This document shows, piece after piece, positions 48,722-58,385 of a stretch of 64,000 bases of DNA. The notes beneath the pieces were generated by a model. The model worked only from the letters and a program-made list of their open reading frames with translations, had not been told where the DNA came from and did not search any database. The DNA is from an uncultured bacterium (GTDB taxonomy: Bacteria > Babelota > Babeliae > Babelales > Vermiphilaceae). Position 1 is the first letter of the stretch, and each line of letters begins with the position of its first letter. The translations under genes and the position numbers were made by a program. The stretch is from positions 928,001 to 992,000 of the forward strand of contig OY970212.1 in the NCBI GenBank assembly GCA_963713925.1. The letters are read 5' to 3'.

Positions 48722-49255
48722 ATGAAACATTCTCTTTTACTTTTTTCCACATTTGCAGTTCAATTGTACGCGAATGTTAGTTTTGATGAACTGAGAAAAC
48801 AATACATCAATAATAACCGCTGCTGTATTCTTGAAGGTATTGAAGTAGCAAATAAAAACAGAGGTTTTGCCATTCCCAAACCGGAATTAGAAAAATCAGC
48901 ACGAGAATTGAAAGCAAAAGGCTTGGAGCTATTTTTGAGTGATAATGATGAATGCGCATACTATCCGCACGAAGATCGATGCCTACTCTATAACCACATC
49001 GTTCGCTTTTTGAATATGACAAAGGATGAAGCGATTACGGAAATAAAATCATTAATTGAAAAAGGGATCGCCGACGCCGCCTGGGAAGAAAAATGGCGTG
49101 AGAATCCTCATGATTCTGAAATGGTAGATGAATCACAAAATAGATTTGACGCGATCAAAAAAGGCATTACTCTCTTGCAAGAATTTCTCGAACTTGCAGA
49201 AAAAGCTGAAACCCGAAATATATCACCCACGCTGGCATGCGGGCACCTTTCTTGA
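48722..49255 (+). CDS. Secreted hypothetical protein
   Basis: MKHSLLLF signal peptide, GAGG RBS. Confidence 0.7.
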   Translation: MKHSLLLFSTFAVQLYANVSFDELRKQYINNNRCCILEGIEVANKNRGFAIPKPELEKSARELKAKGLELFLSDNDECAYYPHEDRCLLYNHIVRFLNMTKDEAITEIKSLIEKGIADAAWEEKWRENPHDSEMVDESQNRFDAIKKGITLLQEFLELAEKAETRNISPTLACGHLS

Positions 49256-49276
49256 ACAGGTAATATTTACAGTATT

Positions 49277-49711
49277 ATGATCCATTCAATACGCACTTTT
49301 CTTGAGCAATTTCTTGATCAAACCGGCAATAGTATAGACCGGCAACTCATCACGCAGTGGCATACCATCGTCGGTGATTTAGCGCATAAAATGACGCTTG
49401 AAAAAATCGACGGCTCAACGTTGGTGATCGGTGTTTATGACGCAGCATGGATGCAGGAGCTCTACTTACTTTCCCCTCTTTTGATAAGAAAAATAAATAA
49501 AGCGCTCGGAAGCCAAACAGTGAAAGCGTTGCAATTTAAGCGTGTTGTTCGCAAAAAAGAGAACAGCGGTACAAAAAAGACACGTCCCTCAATGTCCGTT
49601 ATCACCCCTCCTCCGCTGACAAACATTGAAAAAGATGCGCTTATTTCGCTTGATTCCGAGCTTGCTAATAGTTTGGCTGAGTATCGGAAGCGCGTACATA
49701 TAAACAAATAA
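49277..49711 (+). CDS. DUF721/DciA family protein (replicative helicase loader)
   Basis: QWHTIVG..LA, LVIGV..AAWMQEL, LIRKIN..LG. Confidence 0.85.
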   Translation: MIHSIRTFLEQFLDQTGNSIDRQLITQWHTIVGDLAHKMTLEKIDGSTLVIGVYDAAWMQELYLLSPLLIRKINKALGSQTVKALQFKRVVRKKENSGTKKTRPSMSVITPPPLTNIEKDALISLDSELANSLAEYRKRVHINK

Positions 49712-50130
49712 CCCGCTCCCCGCGGGAAGGGGCAAGAGAGGTCTTGTCACCTCTCTTGCATCTCGGACACTTAAGACCAAGGTCTTTAGAATCCCTTGAG
49801 GTTCAACTCACCATACACAATTTAACAAATTGTTTCATTGGTTCGATGAACCTCATCAGACTTTCTTTCTTTATTGATGCGACATCGCTTATCCAAGTCA
49901 TATGACACGGCATTAAAATCAACATTAGTGAAATAAAGAAGTCCGGTAGTTTCACGAGACCGAAGCAATTTCGCAGAAATTGTGTGTGTCGAGGTTTGAA
50001 ACGAAGGACGGATTTTTAAGGCAGAGCCTTAAATGCCTGGATTCCAAAGGAGGTGGCAGCACCTCCTTGGCGCTTGTCCCTGCGGAAGGGACCCAATGTT
50101 CTTCTGGCGCTGGTCCCCGCGGAGGGGACA
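49712..50130. repeat. Family D copies 2 and 3 arranged as a long imperfect inverted repeat
   Basis: Both arms have the same hairpin order; right arm matches 33906-34201; central palindrome GTCATATGAC at 49897-49906. Confidence 0.7.
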
Positions 50131-50198
50131 AAAAAATCTCTGGCTATTCCCTAACCTAACCATATAGATTAAATACTGTTATAAAGGAGATTCAGTTT

Positions 50199-51833
50199 AT
50201 GAAATTAGTATACATAATTCCCCTTATTTTCATGCCCCCGCTTTCATCTCAAGATTCAAATCAATACCTTGATTTTGCTTGGGCAACTTATTTGCAATCA
50301 AGCGGAAAATTATCGGAATCATTAGAGCGTTACCGACCGCTGTTGCAACAGACCCAAAATCCTGCCGTTTTAAAAGGCTATTTCCAGCTTCTTGCCGCCG
50401 GCAATCAATGGCCGGCAATGATTGCGATGAGAACGATCATAGATACCACTTTAGCAGACGAAATTAAAACACAACTTCTACTTGCACAAGCATATGCGCA
50501 CACCGGCAATAGCGCAGAGATGGATAAAATAATTTTGCGTTTGAACTCAAAATATCCTGAAAATCCGGATATAACGCTCAATACGGCTCAACTCTATTTG
50601 CGATACCAAGAACCGGAAAATGCGTTGCTCACAATTGATAACTATTTGAAAAAAGCTTCTGATAAACCAACTAACTTTATTTTTCATTTTATGAAGTCGC
50701 AAATATATGTTCTTCTTGGCAAAAAGACGCAAGCGCTTACTGCCGTGGAAAAAAGCATTGAGCTTTATAGCACTTTTGACAAAAGCTGGCTCATGTATGC
50801 ATTGCTTCAAGAGCAAGCAGGTAATATCAAAAAAGCACTTACGGGATATATTAGCTTTGTACGAGAAACCCAAGATCCGACTCACGAAATTCAAGCGCAT
50901 ATCACCAAGCTGCTGGCTCAACACAATATTCCTCTTGCTGCTGTTGCCAATCAAGAAAGTTGCTCAGAAAGAATATGTTCATTAATCGGTCAAAAAAAAT
51001 ATGATGAAGCGATGCAAACGGCGCTCGATTTTCTCAAAACCAACCCGAATAATGAAGAGGTCAAACTTCTTGCCATTGATAGCATTATTGGTGCAAAACA
51101 ATATACAAAAGCAATCGGGATCTTGAGTCAATGGGCTCAAGAAAATCCTGGAAAAGAACTCTGGTTTAAAACGCTCTATTGGATAGGCTTGCAAACAAAG
51201 GAATGGTTGCCGATTCTTTCAGTCTATCAGACAGTGATTAAAAAACATCCTCATCAATTACTTTCCTATTTATACGCCTCTGACGCGCAACTCGTGCTGA
51301 ACAAGCAGGCTGATGCGCTTCATTCTCTTGCAAAAGCCCGCGATCTGGCTGAATCTCCATCGCTCAAGGCAGCTATTTTATATCAAATTGCGCTCGTGCA
51401 TTATAAAAAGAAACATTTCTCATATGTAAAACAATGCTTGAAAGAAGCATGTTCACTTCCGACGATTTATGCACCGGCATTTAATTTGTTGGCATATTAC
51501 ACCGCCGGAAAAGAAGGCGAAATTGAAAAAGCTGAGAGCTTAATTAAGCAAGCACTCAGCATTGATCCGAACAACCCGCATTATCTTGATACGCGAGCTT
51601 ATATTTTCCGCAAAGCATCCGAACACGATAATGCATTGCCTTTTTTGCAACAGGCTGTCTCGCTTGCGCCACGCGATCCGACTATCAAATGCCATCTTGC
51701 AAAAACATATCATGCACTCAATAATCATGAAAAGGCAATTTCCCTTCTTGACGAAGTGATCACAATCACACAAGATGATACAAAAGTTAATAAACTGAAA
51801 AAATTGCGTGATTCATGGAAGATCAAGAAATAA
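50199..51833 (+). CDS. Exported tetratricopeptide repeat protein
   Basis: Multiple TPRs including NLLAYY, ALSIDPNNPHYLDT. Confidence 0.88.
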   Translation: MKLVYIIPLIFMPPLSSQDSNQYLDFAWATYLQSSGKLSESLERYRPLLQQTQNPAVLKGYFQLLAAGNQWPAMIAMRTIIDTTLADEIKTQLLLAQAYAHTGNSAEMDKIILRLNSKYPENPDITLNTAQLYLRYQEPENALLTIDNYLKKASDKPTNFIFHFMKSQIYVLLGKKTQALTAVEKSIELYSTFDKSWLMYALLQEQAGNIKKALTGYISFVRETQDPTHEIQAHITKLLAQHNIPLAAVANQESCSERICSLIGQKKYDEAMQTALDFLKTNPNNEEVKLLAIDSIIGAKQYTKAIGILSQWAQENPGKELWFKTLYWIGLQTKEWLPILSVYQTVIKKHPHQLLSYLYASDAQLVLNKQADALHSLAKARDLAESPSLKAAILYQIALVHYKKKHFSYVKQCLKEACSLPTIYAPAFNLLAYYTAGKEGEIEKAESLIKQALSIDPNNPHYLDTRAYIFRKASEHDNALPFLQQAVSLAPRDPTIKCHLAKTYHALNNHEKAISLLDEVITITQDDTKVNKLKKLRDSWKIKK

Positions 51834-52933
51834 TAAAAAACCCCAACCTCCGCTCCGTTTCGGCTGGAGACCCCAAAAAATATATTCCACATGAAATGCG
51901 GGAACCCCAAAAGAGACATAAAAATATTTGTTTTGTCGCCGGTCGCTCAGGAGGCCACATTGTGCCATGCCTGACGCGTGCTGCACAGATTAAAAAGCGA
52001 TATCCGCATTTTACACTTTCTCTTTTTACCACAAGGCATGTGCTTGATATGAATATTGCACGTCAAAGCACTGTGCCCATTGCGCACATTCCGCTCAGTC
52101 TCGGCGAAGTTCCAGGAAAGAATCCATTTAAAATCATTTTTTTCTTGATGCAATTGCTGTATGCCTTTATTAAGTCGGCGATTATACTCAAGCGTAATCG
52201 CATATCCCATGTTGTCACGACGGGCTCATACATCGCAATTCCAGTCTGCTTGGCGGCATGGATCTTGAAAATTCCGATTGAACTTCACGTGCTTGATATT
52301 GCCCCGGGCAAAGCATTGCGCTTTCTCGCGCCGTTTGCCCAATCAATTTCACTTTGTTTTGCAGAATCTGAAAAATATTTTCCGAAACATAAATGTTATG
52401 CGACTTCTTATCCAATTCGATTTGAAAAACCCCAATTTCGTTCCACTTCAATTGGGTGCCCCACAGAAAATACAATATCAAAAAAATTTACTTTACTTAT
52501 TTTAGGAGGCTCACAAGGTTCTGATTATGTAAATCGGCTCGTGCAAGAATGGGTAAAAAAATATGGCGTTCATATAAAAAAGAGACTGCATATCATTCAT
52601 CAAACCGGGGCTCTTAAAGACTCTGATGTCGCCTCATTCTACAAAGAACATGGAATCAATGCGATAGTCTTTGATTACAAAAACGATCTGGAACACTGTT
52701 TAGCAACAGCGGATCTAGTCATCTGTCGCTCGGGCGCCGGCACCTTGTTTGAAATAGATTTTTTCAAAATCCCCTGCATAACGATTCCACTGGTTACCAA
52801 AACAACGGCGCATCAAGTTGATAACGCTCGTTCCTTTGCAGCTCGCTTTCCGGAAAGGTTTATGCATTTAGAACAAAAAGAAGATGTGAAACTTATGAGT
52901 GAGCAACTGAATCAGACGATTCAAAAATGGTAG
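51815..52933 (+). CDS. murG: MurG lipid II GlcNAc transferase with in-frame repeat insertions
   Basis: GRSGGH, LGGSQGS, HQTG, ICRSGAGT, HQVDNA. Confidence 0.93.
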   Translation: MEDQEIIKNPNLRSVSAGDPKKYIPHEMREPQKRHKNICFVAGRSGGHIVPCLTRAAQIKKRYPHFTLSLFTTRHVLDMNIARQSTVPIAHIPLSLGEVPGKNPFKIIFFLMQLLYAFIKSAIILKRNRISHVVTTGSYIAIPVCLAAWILKIPIELHVLDIAPGKALRFLAPFAQSISLCFAESEKYFPKHKCYATSYPIRFEKPQFRSTSIGCPTENTISKKFTLLILGGSQGSDYVNRLVQEWVKKYGVHIKKRLHIIHQTGALKDSDVASFYKEHGINAIVFDYKNDLEHCLATADLVICRSGAGTLFEIDFFKIPCITIPLVTKTTAHQVDNARSFAARFPERFMHLEQKEDVKLMSEQLNQTIQKW

Positions 52934-52989
52934 TTTAGCCCACTTTCTTTATCAAAGATTTTTGAGGCTTTCAAAAAGAAAACCTTTTT

Positions 52990-54885
52990 TTACACCAATA
53001 TCTCGATCGATCGTGGACCTTGATGCGTCAATGACTCACCGGTGAATTTATCAATGAACAAAGAGCGCAGTGACGGATCATATTTAAAATGAAGCTGCTT
53101 GCTTGATGCAATAGACTTATACAACGCACTCCAAATCGGAAATGCTGTGTGAATTGGATAGATATTTTTGCCCAATGCTCGGTTGTCATCGCATCCGATA
53201 TAAATGCCGGTTGTTAATTCTGGCGTTGCGCCCACAAACCAGCAGGTGCGTGAATCGTTGGTTGTTCCCGTTTTGCTGATGACATCACAATCGACAATCT
53301 GTTCATGCAACCATGCACGTATGCGCGTCATTGAATGCTCAAGCACTTTGGAAACTTTACTGACTATAATGCTGTCTAACACCTTTTTTTGTTGTTCCTG
53401 ATGGTAAAACAATTTCTCACCCCACCTATTTTTTACCCATCGAATCATATATGGCTCGTGCAGGATGCCGCACGCGGGAAAAATGGAGAACATGCTCGTT
53501 GCTTGCAGCAGCGTGGTATCAACACATCCAAGCGCAAGGGAAGGATACCGATGCGTCGGCATAGTGATGCCGCACTGTTCGGCCAATTGAAATATGCCGT
53601 CAAAACCATATTTTAATAATGTTTTGATCACAACCATATTATTTGAATAAGACAATGCATAAGCAAGCGTCACATTCCCTTTAAAAATGCCATCATGATT
53701 TTTTGGTTTCCACACTGCATTTCCTAGCTGCAACTCAACCGGCTCATCAACTTCAACATGATTGAATTCTGCGTTCTGAGAAAGTGCATGTGCGTAAATT
53801 AATGTTTTAAAAATGGAACCAATTTGACGATACGCTTGGCATGCTCTATTAAAACGTGACTCATAAAAATTGTAGCCCCCGACCACCGCCTTAATTTGAC
53901 CTGTGTTGTGATCAAGCGAAAGCAATCCGCCGTCAATTGGCATTTGGAGTGTTGTACGCAACTGAGCAACATGGTCACAAAATGCCTTTTGAGCTGCCTG
54001 TTGGATAGATGCATCAATGGTCGTCTGAACAACAAGCCCTTCTTCGTATAATGTTTTTGAACCAAATTTTTCTTCCAAGTTCTGACGCACCAATTCTTTC
54101 AAATGTGCATACTGCTCACCCTGTTTTGGCGCGTTGGTTGTCACCGGGATTGATTGGAAATATTCTTTTTGCTCGAGCGTTAAAAAGCCGCATCGCTGCA
54201 TTTGAAAAAGCACAAGATCTCTGCGCGTTTGAGCGTTATCAGGATGGAGCAGTGGACAATAACGTGCAGGAGAAGAAACAATCGCAGCAAGCACTGCAGC
54301 CTGATCGACGGAAATATCTTTCACGCAAATGCCCCAAAATCGTTGGCACGCTGCTTCTACTCCATAAATGCCACATCCAAAATAGATGGTATTTAAGTAG
54401 GTGAGCAAAATCTGTTCCTTCGTGCATTGATACTCAAGCACGAGCGCATAAAATTGCTCTTTTATTTTTCGCTTAAATGTTTTTTGTGCGTCAAAAAAAA
54501 GTAACCGCACAAGTTGTTGAGTGATGGTGCTTGCCCCCTGTGCTCGCTGGCCTTTGATAAGATTCACCAGTAATGATCGGACAATTCCGCGCAGCGAAAG
54601 CCCATGATGCTCAAAAAATTTCCAATCTTCCGTTGCGATAAATGCGTCAATAACGTGCTGCGGAATCATGCTGATGCCCACAGCCTCGCGCCGTTCCTTG
54701 GCAAATCGAAAAAGTTCGTTGCCATTCGCGTCGAGAACAATCGTCGGCTGCTCCTGTTTAATTGCAATCAAAGGAGTTATATCAACGCTTGTGGTATGAA
54801 GCATTGCACAAAAAATACCGATTCCCATTGCTATACACGCAATAAAGGTGCCGAAGATGTATAACAAAAGGCGAGACCATTTCAT
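52990..54885 (-). CDS. Class A penicillin-binding protein (PBP1A family)
   Basis: EDWKFFEHHG, GASTITQQ, RKIKE, GSIFK, SNN, KTGT; start placed at MKWSR. Confidence 0.93.
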   Translation of the reverse strand: MKWSRLLLYIFGTFIACIAMGIGIFCAMLHTTSVDITPLIAIKQEQPTIVLDANGNELFRFAKERREAVGISMIPQHVIDAFIATEDWKFFEHHGLSLRGIVRSLLVNLIKGQRAQGASTITQQLVRLLFFDAQKTFKRKIKEQFYALVLEYQCTKEQILLTYLNTIYFGCGIYGVEAACQRFWGICVKDISVDQAAVLAAIVSSPARYCPLLHPDNAQTRRDLVLFQMQRCGFLTLEQKEYFQSIPVTTNAPKQGEQYAHLKELVRQNLEEKFGSKTLYEEGLVVQTTIDASIQQAAQKAFCDHVAQLRTTLQMPIDGGLLSLDHNTGQIKAVVGGYNFYESRFNRACQAYRQIGSIFKTLIYAHALSQNAEFNHVEVDEPVELQLGNAVWKPKNHDGIFKGNVTLAYALSYSNNMVVIKTLLKYGFDGIFQLAEQCGITMPTHRYPSLALGCVDTTLLQATSMFSIFPACGILHEPYMIRWVKNRWGEKLFYHQEQQKKVLDSIIVSKVSKVLEHSMTRIRAWLHEQIVDCDVISKTGTTNDSRTCWFVGATPELTTGIYIGCDDNRALGKNIYPIHTAFPIWSALYKSIASSKQLHFKYDPSLRSLFIDKFTGESLTHQGPRSIEILV

Positions 54886-54970
54886 CAGGAAACCATCCAA
54901 CACACTGCTTTTTACTTGAGTTTGTAATACGCACATACTAGAATACTGGTGAAATAAATAATTTCTATGA

Positions 54971-55444
54971 ATGAGAAATCTGGTGACTGAAAAACAAATT
55001 GCATTTCCAAACATTCGACTCTTTATTACGCCTATTGCCGTGCTTATGGCGGGAATATTTTGCGCATTACTTTTTAACAAAAGAGTCAGTTATTGGCTTA
55101 TCGGGCTTTTTGCGCATTCTATTATATACTATTGCCCAAACTCATATCTTATGCTCGTTGCCTCATTGGCCACCTTGGAAAATTTCATATTTTTGGGGTC
55201 TTCCCTAGAGACCATTGCCCTTTTTTCAATTCTCTTCCCGCTGGGGTTGTCTGCAAGAAAATACCTGTATAAAGATATAAATGCCGTCATGCTCCTAGCT
55301 GTGGCCGGGCTTCTGCTGGAACTTTTCATTGAATATTGCTTCCACCACCGAGCCATTGTTTGGCCCTATACCTTTTTGAAATTATCTGTTACCCTTGTAG
55401 GAGTATGGGTAGTATCATTGAAATCTAAATTATTTGATAGGTAA
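54971..55444 (+). CDS. Hypothetical integral membrane protein
   Basis: 157 aa, hydrophobic throughout; stop codon overlaps the 5' end of rnpB. Confidence 0.65.
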   Translation: MRNLVTEKQIAFPNIRLFITPIAVLMAGIFCALLFNKRVSYWLIGLFAHSIIYYCPNSYLMLVASLATLENFIFLGSSLETIALFSILFPLGLSARKYLYKDINAVMLLAVAGLLLELFIEYCFHHRAIVWPYTFLKLSVTLVGVWVVSLKSKLFDR

Positions 55445-55866
55445 ACAAGACAACCGCTGCGCCTAAAAGCGTAGAGGAAAGTCCGGACTCCAAACGAATA
55501 AGGTGCCTTAGAAGAGTAATCAAGCTCATGACTAGTCATGAAGCACACTCAATTAAGGAGGGCGTAAGCCCATGGAAAGTGCCACAGAAAAAAACCGCTA
55601 TACTCTCAAGTGAGGCTCGTTTAAAATTCGGGCCCCAAGCGTAGTAATACGTAGCTTGGGTTTATAGTAAGGGTGAAAACGTGGGGTAAGAGCCCACGAT
55701 GGAGACTAGCAATAGTCTACAGGGGTAAACCCGACCTGGAGCAAGACAAAATAGGCATGTGTTGGTTGTTCGTTCCGTTGTAAACATGCGGGTATGTCGC
55801 TCAGAGAAATGGTTGTCATTGCTTTTCTAACACGAAGCAAAACAGAATCCGGCTTATTGTTTACCT
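55439..55866 (+). ncRNA. rnpB: RNase P RNA (bacterial type A) with expanded P8 and P12
   Basis: P1 AGGTAAACAA/TTGTTTACCT; GAGGAAAGTCCGG; AGTGCCACAGAAA; AGGGTGAAA; GGTAAGAG; GGTAAACCC; GAGCAA; AACAGAATCCGGCTTA. Confidence 0.96.
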
Positions 55867-55884
55867 TTCAACCTTTCATCTTTC

Positions 55885-56628
55885 ATGTATTCAAAACACA
55901 GCTTTTATATTCTTTCCTGCCTCCCCCTTCTTGCTCTTCTGGCGAGCTATAGTGCTACGCATATCTACATGAATCGAGGGAGTATTAAAACCCCCAACCT
56001 CTTAGGCATTGATCTTTTACAAGCTGCAGAATTATTGGCTCCTGTAAAACTGAATGTGCGTGTGCTCGGCAATAAAATAGAACCCGATTTGCCAATCGGA
56101 ACCATATTGCATCAACATCCATTACCCTCGACCGCTATCAAAGAAAATCAAACCGTTTTTGTGGTCACTTCTTTACAGCCGGAAAGTGTCAAAATGCCTT
56201 CTTTAATTGGGTTTACCAAGCAAGAAGCCGATGACCTGATCAGCCCCCTTGGCATTCGAAAAAAATATGTATACACAACCAGTAACCATCCGAAGAGCAC
56301 CTGTTTCGCTCAATTTCCAAGCCCCCAAAGCTCGATAACCGGGTGTGAATTGATAATTATTCTTATCGCTCAAGATAACCGCCCCCTACTAGTGCCTGAT
56401 CTCAGGGGTTTATCGGTCTATGAGGCCTCAGAACTATTAAATATGCACGATATGCAAATGACTGTCAGTCATAGGGAACAATTGCCCCTGGAACACACCT
56501 GTCTTACCAACTGCCATATTGTTCATCAAAACCCTGCCCCTGGCACCATGTTTATCAAAACTGGTAATCAACCCCCTTCATTAGCCCTTGAAGCGATATT
56601 TTCAGATAGAAAACATGGCTTTTTATAA
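55885..56628 (+). CDS. PASTA domain-containing protein
   Basis: TM plus three repeats starting TPNLLG, MPSLIG, VPDLRG with Q.P motifs. Confidence 0.88.
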   Translation: MYSKHSFYILSCLPLLALLASYSATHIYMNRGSIKTPNLLGIDLLQAAELLAPVKLNVRVLGNKIEPDLPIGTILHQHPLPSTAIKENQTVFVVTSLQPESVKMPSLIGFTKQEADDLISPLGIRKKYVYTTSNHPKSTCFAQFPSPQSSITGCELIIILIAQDNRPLLVPDLRGLSVYEASELLNMHDMQMTVSHREQLPLEHTCLTNCHIVHQNPAPGTMFIKTGNQPPSLALEAIFSDRKHGFL

Positions 56629-56691
56629 ACCTCATTTTTTATAGTAAAGTAAATACAGAGAATGTATGACTTTTTTATATGAAGGAAGATT

Positions 56692-57450
56692 ATGAAACGA
56701 TTATTTTTAACGGGTTTTGCAGCCCTTTTTACCGTTCCTGCATTCAGTGCCTCTCATGAAATAACCCATCAACAAATCTCCGATGCAAATACCGCTTTTG
56801 CGTTTGATATGCATCATACTCTTGTGGTGCCTAATGCAGCGGGTATGGCATATTGTGCCGTGAGCAATGCAGCTCCAAAGCTTGCAAAACTCTTGGTTCT
56901 TCTCCCTTTTGATACCATTCGTTATCTCATCACAGGAAATGGTTCTCAAGCAAAATTAATATATGGTCTTTTTAAACTTGGTTTTTCTTCACCCGGCGGC
57001 GAATATCAAACACTTATCGAGCAATATGATCCTGAGTTGTGGAAAACTGCTGAAAAAATGGCAACAACAATGAATATTATTCCGGGCATGCAAGAATTAA
57101 CGAGTGAGCTCAAAGCGCTTGGATACACACTCAGAATTGCATCAAATGGAAGTGCTTGGGAAGTGAAAGGTATGATGGCTCGATTACCTCAGCTCTTTAA
57201 CAATTTTGAAGCTGATTCTCAAACAGTTGAGTATGTTGGTTCAAAACGAACACCGAAAAAACCGGATCTCGCTTATTTCACTGATTACCTGAAGAAATTT
57301 GATATCGGTAAAAAGATTATCTTCGTCGATGACAAACAGGAAAACGTCGATGCCGCAAAACAAGCAGGGATGATCGGTCTTGTGTTCACCAATGCACAAC
57401 AACTGCGTAACGATTTGATCAATCTTGGTATTAAGCTGCAAAAGAAATAA
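56692..57450 (+). CDS. Secreted HAD-superfamily hydrolase 1
   Basis: Signal peptide; FDMHHTL, IASN, KKPD, FVDD. Confidence 0.85.
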   Translation: MKRLFLTGFAALFTVPAFSASHEITHQQISDANTAFAFDMHHTLVVPNAAGMAYCAVSNAAPKLAKLLVLLPFDTIRYLITGNGSQAKLIYGLFKLGFSSPGGEYQTLIEQYDPELWKTAEKMATTMNIIPGMQELTSELKALGYTLRIASNGSAWEVKGMMARLPQLFNNFEADSQTVEYVGSKRTPKKPDLAYFTDYLKKFDIGKKIIFVDDKQENVDAAKQAGMIGLVFTNAQQLRNDLINLGIKLQKK

Positions 57451-57465
57451 TATTTCTATAGCAAT

Positions 57466-57505
57466 AAAAATGCCTCGCAAGTAGAATTACTTGCGAGGCA
57501 TTTTT
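57466..57505. terminator. Intrinsic terminator
   Basis: AAAAATGCCTCGCAAGTA / TACTTGCGAGGCATTTTT. Confidence 0.85.
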
Positions 57506-57524
57506 ATTTTGTGAAGGCTTTGGT

Positions 57525-58277
57525 ATGAAGATTTTTGCGCTCGTTATTCTCGTCACATCATTTCTTATCAACGTGGCGGCCCATGAAATAATAGATTGTG
57601 ATCAGTGTTGCTCGCCGGATAAAATCGTTTTGGCATTTGATATGCATCATACCCTGATAAAACCTGATATTAAAACCATGATAGAAATAGCTTTGCATGA
57701 AGCTCCGCTTAAGATAGCAAAATTATTAACCTTTCTTCCCTTTGATTTATGTCGCTATTTAATCACAGGCAATGAAACCCAAACGGTTTTCATTCATACG
57801 ATATATACATTAGGTTTCAAATCAGCGGGTGATTCCTACAAAAAAATTATTCTGCAATACGATCCTCAACTTTGGCAAACGGCCGAGAAAATGGCAACTT
57901 CAATGATTGCGCTTGCCGGCATTGAAGAACTTTTAAAAGAATTAAAATCATTAGGATACACGTTAAGAGTAGCAACCAATGCAAGCTTTTGGGAATTAGA
58001 TGGAATACGACAAAAAATGCCTCAGATTTTTCAATGTTTTGAAAAATCTGCTCAAACGGTAAATAGTTTAGCTAATTCTCCCAAAAAACCGGATCTCGCT
58101 TATTTTACCGAATATCTGAAGAAATTTGACTCTGGCAAAGAGATAATCTTTATCGATGATGCGCAGGAAAATGTAGATGCCGCAAAAAAAGCTGGGATGA
58201 TTGGTATTGTATTCACTGACGCACAACAATTACGTGACGATCTAATCAAGCTTGGTATTAAACTGCAAAAGAAATAA
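57525..58277 (+). CDS. Secreted HAD-superfamily hydrolase 2 (tandem paralogue)
   Basis: FDMHHTL, KKPDLAYFT.YLKKFD and LGIKLQKK shared with the upstream gene. Confidence 0.85.
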   Translation: MKIFALVILVTSFLINVAAHEIIDCDQCCSPDKIVLAFDMHHTLIKPDIKTMIEIALHEAPLKIAKLLTFLPFDLCRYLITGNETQTVFIHTIYTLGFKSAGDSYKKIILQYDPQLWQTAEKMATSMIALAGIEELLKELKSLGYTLRVATNASFWELDGIRQKMPQIFQCFEKSAQTVNSLANSPKKPDLAYFTEYLKKFDSGKEIIFIDDAQENVDAAKKAGMIGIVFTDAQQLRDDLIKLGIKLQKK

Positions 58278-58385
58278 GAGTGCCGTCCCGAGGCATACCC
58301 GTTGCAATATTCTTGAATGTTGGGCACACTTTCATACAAAAAGAGCACACTTATTTGGGTATTTTTTATTTTTGAAGGCTTTTGT

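Noticed and set aside
54886..55080. N-terminal extension of PBP1A
   Set aside because: Overlaps the divergent membrane gene; the TM anchor begins at MKWSR (54885).
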